Shown piece by piece: positions 47,107-61,700 of a DNA stretch of 64,000 bases. The translations under genes were made by a program, and so were the position numbers. The stretch is from Pedococcus sp. Its GTDB lineage: Bacteria; Actinomycetota; Actinomycetes; Actinomycetales; Dermatophilaceae. Every line of letters starts with the position of its first letter. Position 1 is the first letter of the stretch. The notes beneath the pieces were generated by a model. The model was not told the DNA's origin. It did no database searches and was given only the letters and a program-made list of their open reading frames with translations. The stretch spans positions 5,497 through 69,496 of the forward strand of contig JBDSKZ010000027.1 in assembly GCA_039916625.1 (NCBI GenBank). Reading direction: 5' to 3'.

Positions 47107-48060
47107 TCAGATGGAGAACCGCAGGAACGAGAAGCCGGGGTAGATCGCAAAGAGCACCGTGACGGGCAGGACGAGGAAGACGACGGGCACCATCATCGCG
47201 ATCTCCTTCTTGCCGCCGGCCTCCATCACCGCCCGCCTCCCGGTCTCCCGGACGTCCTGGGCCTGAGCCCTCAGGACGTCAGCCAAGGGGGTGCCCCGCT
47301 CGACGGCGATGATCATGCCGTCGACGAACCGGGACAGGCTGACCAAACCGGTGCGGTCGGCCAGGCCCTGCAGCGCGGTGGGAAGGTTCGCACCAGCGCG
47401 CGCGTCGGCGAGGCAACGGCCGAGCTCGTGCGAGAGCTCGCCGTTCGAGAGGCGGCAGACCCGCTCGAGCGCACCTACGGCGCCCTCCCCCGCGCCGACG
47501 GCCAGGGCGAGCAGCTCCGCGATGGTGGGGAACTCGGCGAGCATGCGTTCCTCGCGCCGGTTCGCCGCACGGCTGAGCCACTGGTCGCGAGCCACCACCC
47601 CGACGCCGGCCCCGCACAGCGTCACGATGACCGCGGGCCCGACCGACCCACCGTTGCCGAGGAACAGGCTGACACCGAGTGCCAGGCCGACGACGAGGCC
47701 GACCGCCCCCCAGAGCACCTGCTCGGCCCGGAACCGCTCCACGTCAGCCGGCCTGCCGGCGCGCACCAACCGGCGCCGCACCGAGGCGGAGCCACCGAGC
47801 ACGCGTTCGATGCGCCCTGCGAGGTCGGCCACCAGGGGGCGGGCGAGCACGCCGAGAGCCCCGGCTCCGGCGACCTGCCTACCGGCGAGGAGCCGCGACG
47901 GGCGAGGGGTGTCACGCAGGTAGGGCAGCACCCGGTCCTCGAGGGTGGCGCGTCGGCTGCGCGGCAGGCCCGCCCAGGCCAGCAGCAGGCCGACTCCCAG
48001 AGTGAAGCCGATGGCGGCCCCGGGGAGCGACATCCCGACCTGTGCGCCCAGGATCGTCAT
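47107..48060 (-). CDS. tadC: type II secretion system F-family protein TadC
   Basis: The T2SSF-like core reads ELLALAVGAGEGAVGALERV...LADRTG...FVDGMIIAVERGTPLADVLRAQA and ends in C-terminal TM helices. The ATG at 48060 overlaps the tadB stop (ATGA). Confidence 0.75.
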   Translation of the reverse strand: MTILGAQVGMSLPGAAIGFTLGVGLLLAWAGLPRSRRATLEDRVLPYLRDTPRPSRLLAGRQVAGAGALGVLARPLVADLAGRIERVLGGSASVRRRLVRAGRPADVERFRAEQVLWGAVGLVVGLALGVSLFLGNGGSVGPAVIVTLCGAGVGVVARDQWLSRAANRREERMLAEFPTIAELLALAVGAGEGAVGALERVCRLSNGELSHELGRCLADARAGANLPTALQGLADRTGLVSLSRFVDGMIIAVERGTPLADVLRAQAQDVRETGRRAVMEAGGKKEIAMMVPVVFLVLPVTVLFAIYPGFSFLRFSI

Positions 48061-48968
48061 CGCAGCACCCGCTCGTCCTCGGGCAGTCGACCGATGTGGA
48101 TCATGATCCGGTAGGCAGCGACCGAGATCGCGGCACCGACGAGCAGGACGACGGTGCCGGTCGGGCTGGCGTAGGCACGGATCGACTCGGGTCGGGTGCA
48201 CAGCATCGCCAGGACGATCCACGGCGCTGCCACCGCCAGCCGTGCGGCGTTGACGGTCCAACCCTGCCGGGTCTCGAGCTCGGCGCGCGTCCGGCTGTCC
48301 TCGCGAAGGAACGTCGACAAGGTCCGTAGGAGCCGACCGAGGTCGCTGCCGCCGACCTCGCGGGCAATCCGCAGCGACTCGACGAGCCGGTCGCCCACCG
48401 GGTCACTGAGACGCACCTTGAGCTGGTCCAGGCTGTCGTGGAAACGCCCCGTGGTGCGGTAGTCCTCCGCGAAGGCGCGGAAGGCGGGCCGTAGCTCCTC
48501 GGGACCGCGACGCCCCAGCTGGCTCAAGGCCTCCGGGAGGGCGAGCCCGGCGCGAACGGCTGACGCGATGTTGTCCACGGCGTCCGGCCACAGCTCGCGC
48601 AGGCTGGCCCGCCGGCGCCGGGCACGCATGCGCACCACACCCAGTGGCGCATACCCCGCCATGGCGGAGAAGCACAGCGCCACGGGGGCGACCCCTGTGG
48701 TCGCACCGACCAGTAGGGCGACCACGGTGAAGGCGATGACGCACGCACTCACCAGACTCCGGGGACCCACGGATTCGTAGCCGGCCTGCACGAGCTCATC
48801 GCGCAACCGGTCGCCCACCGTCACTCGCGGCGCAGCAGCCACTCGTGGCGCCGGGACCCACGCGGCCCACCAGACGCAGAACAGGCCACATCCCAACATC
48901 AGCCCGACCAGCGTGCCGGTGGCACTGCCCCCAACCGCGCCCAGCAGGTCCCGAAGCTCCCGCATCAC
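48057..48968 (-). CDS. tadB: type II secretion system F-family protein TadB
   Basis: The N-terminal TM is followed by LWPDAVDNIASAVRAGLALPEALSQL...FAEDYRTTGRFHDSLDQL and C-terminal TM helices. Confidence 0.75.
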   Translation of the reverse strand: MMRELRDLLGAVGGSATGTLVGLMLGCGLFCVWWAAWVPAPRVAAAPRVTVGDRLRDELVQAGYESVGPRSLVSACVIAFTVVALLVGATTGVAPVALCFSAMAGYAPLGVVRMRARRRRASLRELWPDAVDNIASAVRAGLALPEALSQLGRRGPEELRPAFRAFAEDYRTTGRFHDSLDQLKVRLSDPVGDRLVESLRIAREVGGSDLGRLLRTLSTFLREDSRTRAELETRQGWTVNAARLAVAAPWIVLAMLCTRPESIRAYASPTGTVVLLVGAAISVAAYRIMIHIGRLPEDERVLR

Positions 48969-48976
48969 ATCGCCCC

Positions 48977-50200
48977 TCAGTCCTGCGCCAGCAGGGCTGC
49001 GACATCGAACCCGGCCCGTCTGAAGCGATCGGCGTGAGGGGGAAACCCGTCGGCCCGACGCAGCACCCCGTCACGCTGGACGAAGATGTCGGCGACCTCG
49101 ACGACATCGGCCTCGACGCGTCCGGGCACGGCCACGATCTCGCGGACGCGGCGAACCCCGTCGTGCTCTAGGGCAGCATGGATCACGATGTCGATCGACC
49201 CCGCGACGGTGGGCACCACGAACCGGCTCCCGACGTTCTCACCGGCCAGCAGCGGCAGGGTGCACATCTTGGTGATCGCCTCTCGGGCGCTGTTCGCGTG
49301 GATGGTGCACATCCCCGGCAGACCACTGTTGAGGGCGATGAGCAGGTCGAGGCTCTCGGCCTGGCGCACCTCGCCGACGATGATGCGGGACGGCCGCATC
49401 CGCAGGGCTTCCTTCACCAAGCGGCGCAGGGGGATCTCGCCGGTCCCCTCGAGGCTTGGCTGGCGGCACTGCATCGAGGCGACGTCGCGCAAGGGGATCT
49501 TGAGCTCGAAGACCTCCTCACACGTGACGACGCGCTCGCGCGCCGGGATCGCGGCACTGAGGCAGTTGAGGAGCGTCGTCTTGCCTGCTTGGGTTCCGCC
49601 CGCCACGAGGACGTTGAGCCCGGCTGCGACGGCTGCGCCCAGGAAGGTCGCCGCCTGCGGGGTGAGCGTGCCCAGCGCAACGAGGTCGTCGAGGTGGGAG
49701 GCCCGGACGACGAACTTGCGGATGTTCACGTTCCAGTGAGCCCTGGTGATGTCCGGGATGACGACGTGCAGCCGCGAGCCATCGGGCAGGACCGCGTCGA
49801 CGAAGGGGCTCGAGAGGTCGACCCGCCGTCCGCTGGTCTTGAGCATGCGCTCGACGAGGTCACGGACGCTGTCGGCCGTCAAGAACGTCGTCGTCAGCTC
49901 GGCGACCCCGCCACGGGCGATGAACACCTTCGTGGGCTCGTTGATCCAGATCTCCTCGACCTCGGGATCGTCGAAGTACGGCTGCAGCGGTCCGAATCCA
50001 GCGACGGCGTCGATCACGGACTTCACCGCGTCCTCGACATTCGTGAGGCTGGGGAGTCCACCGTGCAGGGACCGTTCGTCGTAGTCCGCCACCGCGTCAC
50101 GCACGAGCCGGGAGAGCTCCTTGGTGTCCCGCGCGGGGTCGAGGCCCGAGCGCCGGATGAGCTCGCGCACCTCTGACTCCACGGTCATGACCGCGTCCAT
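48977..50200 (-). CDS. tadA: CpaF/TadA-family pilus-assembly (secretion) ATPase
   Basis: Walker A is VAGGTQAGKTTLLN. It is followed by RERVVTCEEVFEL, RMRPSRIIVGEVR and TIHANS. GGGGAGG lies upstream of the ATG at 50200. Confidence 0.9.
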   Translation of the reverse strand: MDAVMTVESEVRELIRRSGLDPARDTKELSRLVRDAVADYDERSLHGGLPSLTNVEDAVKSVIDAVAGFGPLQPYFDDPEVEEIWINEPTKVFIARGGVAELTTTFLTADSVRDLVERMLKTSGRRVDLSSPFVDAVLPDGSRLHVVIPDITRAHWNVNIRKFVVRASHLDDLVALGTLTPQAATFLGAAVAAGLNVLVAGGTQAGKTTLLNCLSAAIPARERVVTCEEVFELKIPLRDVASMQCRQPSLEGTGEIPLRRLVKEALRMRPSRIIVGEVRQAESLDLLIALNSGLPGMCTIHANSAREAITKMCTLPLLAGENVGSRFVVPTVAGSIDIVIHAALEHDGVRRVREIVAVPGRVEADVVEVADIFVQRDGVLRRADGFPPHADRFRRAGFDVAALLAQD

Positions 50201-50315
50201 CGCGACCTCCCCTCGACGTGTGTGCTGCTCGGCTCGCGGTGGCCCCCGCCGCAGGCGCGAGCCCGGTTTGTCTGCCGGATACTACGGCGAACCGTCCGTG
50301 CCCGTCCCGCTGAAT

Positions 50316-50327
50316 CCACAGCTGTGG
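50316..50327. promoter_or_regulatory. perfect 12-bp palindrome CCACAGCTGTGG in the tadA / FtsK-like divergent intergenic region
   Basis: Read directly from the sequence. It lies 45 nt upstream of the proposed ATG at 50372. It is an operator candidate only. Confidence 0.3.
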
Positions 50328-50371
50328 AAAACTGGCGGGCGCTGACGGCGCCGCCTCCTAGCGTCGAGCAG

Positions 50372-54790
<4,419 letters not shown>

Positions 54791-54799
54791 CGTCACGGC

Positions 54800-55198
54800 A
54801 TGACCCTCGCTCCCGCCCTCGCCGCCCTCGGCAGCGAGAGGTTCGTATCCCTCACGACCTTCCGCAAGACCGGGATCGGTGTCTCCACCCCCGTGTGGGT
54901 CGGCCTCGAGGGCGACGCCCTGGTCGTCACGACCCCGAGTGGGAGCGGCAAGGTCAAGCGCCTGCGCAACAACGACCGTGTCGAGCTCTCACCCTGCTCG
55001 CGGCGTGGCACCGTCAACGACGGGGCTCCGAACGTGAGCGCCGTGGCCGAGCTGGTCGAGGGACCGGAGGCGATGCGCCGCCTCGATACCGCCCTCACGC
55101 CCAAGTACGGCCTCGAGTACCACGTCGTCATGTTCATCGAGAAGGTCATCCGCCGCGGCCCCAACGACAGGGTGATGCTGCGGATCACCTCCGCCTGA
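54800..55198 (+). CDS. PPOX-class (pyridoxamine 5'-phosphate oxidase-like) probable F420-dependent protein
   Basis: FVSLTTFRKTGIGVSTPVWVGLEGDALVVTTPSGSGKVKRLRNNDRVELSPC is typical of the small actinobacterial PPOX/F420 family. Confidence 0.7.
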   Translation: MTLAPALAALGSERFVSLTTFRKTGIGVSTPVWVGLEGDALVVTTPSGSGKVKRLRNNDRVELSPCSRRGTVNDGAPNVSAVAELVEGPEAMRRLDTALTPKYGLEYHVVMFIEKVIRRGPNDRVMLRITSA

Positions 55199-55272
55199 TC
55201 GGGCCTGCGGAGCGATCTGCGCAGCCAACGAGGGCCGCGTCCTGCGATCGTGGCGCGGCTCATCCCTGCTGG

Positions 55273-55755
55273 TCAGGGTCCTGGCGGTTCGGACGTGTCG
55301 GCCCGGACCGCCGAGACGATGCCGGTGACGGCGATGGCCGCGAGCGCGAGGGCGACCACTCCGCGTCCGGCCTGGAACAGGCTCCACGAGACTGGTAGGA
55401 GCAGCAGGTTCCAGACCACGGTCGGGGTGTTGGGCCAGTTGGCCCCGGTCCACCAGCTCCGAGCCAGGACGCCGATACCTGCGGCGAACACGAGGATCAG
55501 CAGGGCCGACATGATGACCAGCGCCGCGTCCTTGGTGGCCCCTTGCGCCAGCTCCCAGAGGTAGAACGCGACGAACCCCAGCAGGGACAGTGCCTGCACC
55601 GCCGATACTGCGGCGGCGAGGTCGCGGAACCGGTCACGCGAGCGAACGCCGCCACCTGCCCTCGACGGCGCGGTGGCGTTGGGGTCGGTCCGGCCCGGCA
55701 GTTCGGTCACTCCCACAGGGTAGGCGCGCTCTGATCCGTCCCACGGGTTGGGCAT
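55273..55755 (-). CDS. hypothetical integral membrane protein
   Basis: There are four hydrophobic segments (ALSLLGFVAFYLW, ALVIMSALLILVFAAGIGVL, VVWNLLLLPVSWSLF, VVALALAAIAVTGIV). The start is uncertain. Confidence 0.55.
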   Translation of the reverse strand: MPNPWDGSERAYPVGVTELPGRTDPNATAPSRAGGGVRSRDRFRDLAAAVSAVQALSLLGFVAFYLWELAQGATKDAALVIMSALLILVFAAGIGVLARSWWTGANWPNTPTVVWNLLLLPVSWSLFQAGRGVVALALAAIAVTGIVSAVRADTSEPPGP

Positions 55756-56116
55756 CCTCCGCGGACGGTGGCGGGGGCGACGCCATACCGAGGCAACGAG
55801 ACCAATGTGACGAAAACCTCATCGTTACACAGCAGTTACCTTCTCCCAGGGGTCCACAAACGCCACTTCATCTGTGACGCTGGAACGCAATCGTCCGACG
55901 GCCCGTTGGCAGAATTGTGGCCAGCCCCCCAAAATGGCTAGTTGCACGTGTTTCATCCCCTCGGAAAGCGGGTCGGCTAGGCTCGCCGGTCGTCCCCGTC
56001 TTCTGGGGGCACAACCCCCTGCACACCCCGCAATGACGCGCCGTGCCCACCAGGCCCGTCATCTCTGGACCCATGGACCGGCGCACTTCCCCCTGCACGA
56101 CAAGGAGCACGATCTC

Positions 56117-56365
56117 ATGGATTGGCGCGACCGCGCTGCTTGCCTCGACGAGGACCCTGAGCTGTTCTTCCCGATCGGGAACACCGGCCCAGCGATCCTC
56201 CAGATCGAGGAAGCCAAAGTTGTATGCCGACGCTGCGAAGTCGTCGACCAGTGCCTCAAGTGGGCCATCGAGTCCGGCCAGGATGCTGGTGTCTGGGGTG
56301 GCATGTCCGAGGACGAGCGCCGCGCGCTCAAGCGTCGCAACGCTCGCGCCCGCCGCGCCGGCTGA
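56117..56365 (+). CDS. whiB1: WhiB-family Fe-S transcription factor, WhiB1-like
   Basis: MDWRDRAACLDEDPELFFPIGNTGPAILQIEEAKVVCRRCEVVDQCLKWAIESGQDAGVWGGMSEDERRALKRRNAR is near-collinear with my recollection of M. tuberculosis WhiB1 (4 Cys, GVWGG turn, basic tail). AAGGAG lies 9 nt upstream of the ATG. Confidence 0.92.
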   Translation: MDWRDRAACLDEDPELFFPIGNTGPAILQIEEAKVVCRRCEVVDQCLKWAIESGQDAGVWGGMSEDERRALKRRNARARRAG

Positions 56366-56391
56366 GGCAGCGCCTCTCCCCCACCATCGCT

Positions 56392-56430
56392 GAGTGCCCC
56401 AGGTCGCGGATCCCGCGAGCTGGGGCACTC
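56392..56430. terminator. compound hairpin between convergent whiB1 and pdtaS
   Basis: The outer 11-bp stem is gagtgccccag / ctggggcactc. It encloses an inner 5-bp stem, cgcgg-atc-ccgcg. Confidence 0.55.
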
Positions 56431-56474
56431 GCCTTGCCGCGATGCTGGCAACGGGTCGACGAAGGCACCCGCTG

Positions 56475-57968
56475 CTAGGAGCCGTCGCGCGCCAGCGGCC
56501 GCAGCCGCGCGACGAACCGCGCCTGTGTCCCTTTCGGGTCGGCCGGCCCCCACGTGATCCGGCCACGCAGGTCCTGTACCAGCGACTCGACGATCTGGGT
56601 CCCCAGGCCCGACGCTCCCGGTCGGAAGCCCGCAGGCAGCCCGACCCCGTCGTCGGTGATCGTCACCGACAAGATCTCGTCGCCGCGGTCGTCCGTGGAC
56701 CGCTGTGCCTCCACGCAGATCTCACCGTCGGTGACGTCCTGCAGTCCGTGCTCCACGGCGTTCTGCACGAGCTCGGACAAGATCATCGCCATCGCGGTCG
56801 CGTCCTCGGCGCGCAGCGTCCCGAACGAGCCCAGCACCTTCGTCGCGATCGGGTGCTCGACCTTAGCCACCTCGGTGATGGCCTGCAGACCACGGACCGC
56901 GATGTCGTCGAACTCCACCGTCTCGTCGAAACCCTGGCTCAACGTCTCGTGGACCAACGCGATGACCCCCACCCGACGCACCGCCTCCTCCAGTGCCACG
57001 CGCCCGGCCTCACCCTCGGGCAGCCGCCGCGCCTGGAGCCGCAGCAGCGCCGCCACCGTCTGGAGGTTGTTCTTCACCCGGTGGTGGATCTCGCGAATCG
57101 TGGCGTCCTTGGTGATGAGCTCACGCTCGCGCCGACGCAGCTCGGAGACATCACGCAGCAGGAGCAGGGCACCCACCCGTTGCCCGCCTTCGGTCAGCGG
57201 TATGGCGCGCATCGAGACGCTCGACCCGCGTGAGCTCACCTCGGTGCGCCACGGCGCCCGCCCGGTGACGACGACGGCCAGTGACTCGTCCACGGGGGAC
57301 TCGTCGCGCAGCAGGTCGGCGACGACCTTCGCGAGCAGCTCGTCGATGACATCGCCGACGTGGCCGAGGCGGTGGATCGCCGAGAGCGCGTTGGGGCTGG
57401 CGTAGGACACGATGCCGTTGACGTCCAGGCGGATCACGCCGTCACCCACACGCGGTGCACCACGACGCTGGCCGGTGGGCGCCGACACGTTGGGGAACTC
57501 CCCCGCCGCGATCATCCGGGCCAAGGCGTCCGCGAGGGCCTGGTAGGTCAGCTCCAGACGGCTCGGGGTGCGCATCGCCGCAAGGTTGGTGTGCCGGGTG
57601 ATGACGGCCAACGCCCGGCCGCTCTTGACGACCGGGATGGCCTCCTCGCGCACCGGCATGTCGTCGCGGAAGATCGGATCGGGCTCGCGCATGATCCGGC
57701 GGTCGGCATACGCCCGGTCGAGCAGTGACTGGCGGCCCCGGTGGGTGCGCCGACCCACGACGTCCTCGAAGAACACCATCTGGCCGGTCGTCGGGCGGAC
57801 GTGGGCCACCGCGAGCCAGCCCTCGAGGCCGCCGGGCACCCACAGCACGAGGTCGGCGAAGGACAGGTCGGAGATGAGCTGCCAGTCGCCGACGAGCAGC
57901 TGGAGCCACTCGACCTCGCCGGGGGCCAGGTCGGTGGATGCGTGGAGCACCTCGTTCAGCGTGGGCAC
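56475..57968 (-). CDS. pdtaS: PdtaS-type cytoplasmic sensor histidine kinase (GAF-PAS-HK)
   Basis: The N-terminus (EVEWLQLLVGDWQLISDLSFADLVLWV) and ...RMIAAGEFP match my recollection of PdtaS. The HisKA_2-like region is REIHHRVKNNLQTVAALLRLQ. The ATPase domain has ELVQNAVEHG...DDGVGLP. Synteny with whiB1 matches Rv3219/Rv3220c. Confidence 0.8.
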   Translation of the reverse strand: MPTLNEVLHASTDLAPGEVEWLQLLVGDWQLISDLSFADLVLWVPGGLEGWLAVAHVRPTTGQMVFFEDVVGRRTHRGRQSLLDRAYADRRIMREPDPIFRDDMPVREEAIPVVKSGRALAVITRHTNLAAMRTPSRLELTYQALADALARMIAAGEFPNVSAPTGQRRGAPRVGDGVIRLDVNGIVSYASPNALSAIHRLGHVGDVIDELLAKVVADLLRDESPVDESLAVVVTGRAPWRTEVSSRGSSVSMRAIPLTEGGQRVGALLLLRDVSELRRRERELITKDATIREIHHRVKNNLQTVAALLRLQARRLPEGEAGRVALEEAVRRVGVIALVHETLSQGFDETVEFDDIAVRGLQAITEVAKVEHPIATKVLGSFGTLRAEDATAMAMILSELVQNAVEHGLQDVTDGEICVEAQRSTDDRGDEILSVTITDDGVGLPAGFRPGASGLGTQIVESLVQDLRGRITWGPADPKGTQARFVARLRPLARDGS

Positions 57969-58036
57969 CTCGGAAGCCTAACCGCGCCCTCCGAGAGACC
58001 CTGCGCTGCCGCGGCCCGGTGAGATCGTGACGGCCC

Positions 58037-58756
58037 TCAGAGCACCGTGACGTCGTCACCCAGGGCGACGCGGCCGGGTGTGAGCACCTCGGCATAGACC
58101 CCGGCCGCGAGGTCGTGGTGGTCCGCGATCGCCTTGAGCAACCCGGGGCGTGCCGCCAGGTCCACCTGCGCGACGCTGACCATGCGGCAGCGCTCGGTCG
58201 GCTCGGTGACGCGCAGCCGCACCCGCCCGACGGCGATCTCGCGACCGACCCAGGACTCCTCCACGTAGGGCGAAGTGGTCTCGACGACGAGGTTGGCTCG
58301 CAGGTGACGAGGGTCGACCGGTCTGCCGTCGCCTTCGTGGCGCCCCAGCTCGGCGAGGGTGGCGGTACCGACGAGCGAGATCGGGGCGGCATCCTGGTGG
58401 GGTATGGCGCCCTCCCTCCGCAGCGTCACCGGCTCCCCGAAGTGGGCACCCAGGGCGTCGTCGGTGGCGGGTTCGCCTGCCACGAGCTCGGTGCCGTCGG
58501 GCAGGACGAGCCGCGTCTGCTCACCGGTGCGGCTCGCCACGAGCGTGAAGACCTGGTCCATGCGACGAAAGCGGCGCGAGTGCTTGCCGGTGGCGAGCTT
58601 GCCCGCCTCGTCGTAGACCGCCCACGCGCGGTCGCCGGCGACGCCGGTTGGTCCCAGGGCGAGGGTGGACAGCGACTGGCCGCCCGCCGCCTTCACGGGG
58701 AAGCAGCGCAGCGCGACGAGGCGCGGCGCAACGTCAGGAACGGACGGGGTCGTCAC
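58037..58756 (-). CDS. MOSC domain-containing protein
   Basis: LRCFPVKAAGGQSL is the MOSC_N beta-barrel. It is followed by RANLVVE...ESWVGREIAVGRVRLRVTEPTERCRMV. GTG 58756 overlaps the gdh stop (GTGA). Confidence 0.75.
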   Translation of the reverse strand: MTTPSVPDVAPRLVALRCFPVKAAGGQSLSTLALGPTGVAGDRAWAVYDEAGKLATGKHSRRFRRMDQVFTLVASRTGEQTRLVLPDGTELVAGEPATDDALGAHFGEPVTLRREGAIPHQDAAPISLVGTATLAELGRHEGDGRPVDPRHLRANLVVETTSPYVEESWVGREIAVGRVRLRVTEPTERCRMVSVAQVDLAARPGLLKAIADHHDLAAGVYAEVLTPGRVALGDDVTVL

Positions 58757-61700
58757 GAGGTGGCGGCCCCGGACCGGATCACCGAGCGCAGGGTGCGCAG
58801 CGCCACGGAGAGCGCGGCGATGTTGGGCTTGTCGAGCCGCTCGATGCCCGACAGTGCCGTCCTGGCGCGCGTGAGCGACTCGGCGTTGGCCTCGGCCCAC
58901 TCCTCGTAGCGCGATGCCGGTGCGCCGCCGGCCGTCGACGTGTCCATCACCGAGCGCACCAGGCTCTCCAGCACGGCATACAGGTCGTCGCGCAGGGCGC
59001 CACGGGCCAAGGCGTCCCACCGGTCGTCACGCGGCAGGTTGGTGACCCGCGTGAGCATCCCGTCGATGCCGATCTGCTCGGACAGCACGAAGTAGAGGCC
59101 GGCGATGTCGGCCGGCTCCTCCCCCGTGTCGGTCGCGATGTCGACGATGTCGAGCAGCGAGAACTGGTCGAGCAGGCTGGCGGAGCGTAGCGCGAGGTCC
59201 CCGGGCACACCGAGCTCCTCGAGCCTCGCGGCGTTGCGCTGCAGGCGGGTGCGCTCGGTGCCCTTGAGCATCTCGGGGATGCCTGGTGCGAACTCCTGCA
59301 CCACTGCGCCGAACCGGGCCACCTCGCCAGCCACGTCGAGGCGCGACGGCCGCGAGGTGAGGAACCAACGTATCGAGCGGTCGACGAGACGACGGAACTC
59401 GAGGTAGAGCTGGCTCTGCACCTCGGTCGACACGACGTTGTCGAGCTCCTCGACCTCCCGGACGAAGCCAGGCAGGTCGAAGATCTCGCGGCAGACGACG
59501 AACGCCCGCGCGATCTGCTCCGGTGTCGCCCCGGTCTCCTCGATGGCACGGAAGCCGAAGGTGATGCCGCCCCGGTTGATCATGGAGTTGACCACCGAGT
59601 TGATGATGATCTCGCGGCGCAGCGGGTGGTCGGCCAGCTCGCCGGCGAACTGTTCGCGCAGTGCCGGCGGGAAGTAGTCGGTGAGCGTCTGCTGGAACCA
59701 CGGGTCGTCGGACAGCCCGGTCGGGAGGAGGTCGTCCTTGAGCGCGAGCTTGGCGTAGGCCACGAGCACCGAGAACTCCGGCGACTTCAGGCCCAGGCCG
59801 TCCTGGGAGCGCCGGTCGATCTCGCTGTCGCTGGGCAGGAACTCCAGCGCACGGTCGAGGTCGCCACGCTCCTCGAGCCAGTGGATGAGCCGCTGGTGGA
59901 CGGGCAGCATCGGGTGCTCCTGCGCCCGGGCGTTGCCGAGGAGGACGTTCTGCTCGTAGTTGTCGCGCAGCACCTGGTGGGCGACGTCGTCGGTCATCGA
60001 CGCGAGCAGGGTGTTGCGCTGCTTGAGGGTCATGTCGCCGGCGCGGACCAGGTCGGTCAGGAGGATCTTGATGTTGACCTCGTGGTCGGAGGTGTCGACC
60101 CCGGCGCTGTTGTCGATGGCGTCGGTGTTGACGCGCACGCCGTGCAGCGACGCCTCGATGCGACCGAGCTGCGAGAGGCCGAGGTTGCCGCCCTCGCCGA
60201 CAACCTTGCAGCGCAAGGCGTTCCCGTCGACCCGGATGGCGTCGTTGGCTCGGTCACCGATGTCGGTGCTCGACTCGGCCTCCGCCTTGACGTAGGTGCC
60301 GATGCCACCGTTCCACAGCAGGTCGACCGGCGACTGCAGGACCGCCTTCATCAGCTGGGCCGGGGTCATCGTCGTCGTTCCCTCGGGCAGGCCGAGCGCC
60401 TGCGTCATCTCGGGAGTCACGCGGATCGACTTGAGCGACCGGTCGAAGACACCGCCACCTGCACTGACGAGTGAGGAGTCGTAGTCGGCCCACGACGACC
60501 GGGGCAGGTCGAACAGACGCTGCCGCTCAGGGAAGCTCGTCGCGGCCACCGGGCTGGGGTCGATGAAGATGTGGCGGTGGTCGAACGCCGCCACGAGCCG
60601 GATGTGCTCCGACAGCAACATGCCGTTGCCGAAGACGTCACCACTCATGTCGCCGATGCCGACGGCGGTGAAGTCCTGTGCCTGGGTGTCGACACCCATC
60701 TCGCGGAAGTGACGCTTCACCGACTCCCACGCCCCACGGGCGGTGATGCCCATGGCCTTGTGGTCGTAGCCGGCCGACCCACCGGAGGCGAACGCGTCGT
60801 CGAGCCAGAAGCCGTAGGACTGCGCGACGCCGTTGGCGATGTCGGAGAAGGTCGCCGTGCCCTTGTCGGCCGCGACGACGAGGTAGGAGTCGTCCTCGTC
60901 GTGTCGCACCAACGAGGGGGGCGGGACGATGTCGCCGACGACACGGTTGTCGGTCAGGTCGAGCAGGCCGGAGATGAACACCTTGTAGGAGCCGATGCCC
61001 TCGGCGAGCCAGGCGTCCCGGTCGATCGAGGGGTCGGGCAGCTGCTTGGCGTAGAAGCCACCCTTGGAGCCGGTCGGGACGATGACCGCGTTCTTGACCA
61101 TCTGTGCCTTGACCAGTCCCAGCACCTCGGTGCGGAAGTCCTCGCGCCGGTCCGACCAGCGCAGACCGCCACGGGCCACCGGGCCGAACCGCAGGTGCAC
61201 ACCCTCGACGCGCGGCGAGTAGACGAAGATCTCGAACTCCGGCCGCGGCGCCGGCAGGTCTGGCACCATCTTGGGGTTGAGCTTGATCGAGACGTAGGAC
61301 TTGTCCTCACCGGTCTCGTCCCGCTGGTAGAAGTTCGTCCGCAGCGTCGCCGCGATGAGGCCGAGGAAGGCCCGGATGATGCGGTCGTGGTCGAGGGACT
61401 TGACGTCGTCGAGGCCGGTGGTGATCTCCTCCACCAGCGCCGCCTCGGCGCCCTCGCGGTCCCCACCGGCACTGCCGCCGTAGCGGCTCGGGTCGAACCG
61501 CGTCTCGAACAGCGCGACGAGGCGACCGGCCAGCCGCAGGTTCTGGACGAGCGCGGACTCGACGTAGTCCTGGGAGAAGGTCGACCCGGTCTGGCGCAGG
61601 TACTTCGCGACCGTCCGCAGGATGACGACCTGTCGCCAGGTCAGCCCGGCGCCGAGGACGAGGGCGTTGAACCCGTCGGACTCGGCCCGGCCGTTCCACA

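Noticed and set aside
50222-50371. The upstream extension of the FtsK-like ORF (the track start at 50222)
   Set aside because: It would leave only 21 bp to the divergent tadA start, and the extra 50 residues (MLLGSRWPPPQARARFVCRILRR...) look non-coding. ATG 50372 opens a plausible domain. GTG 50324 remains a possible alternative.
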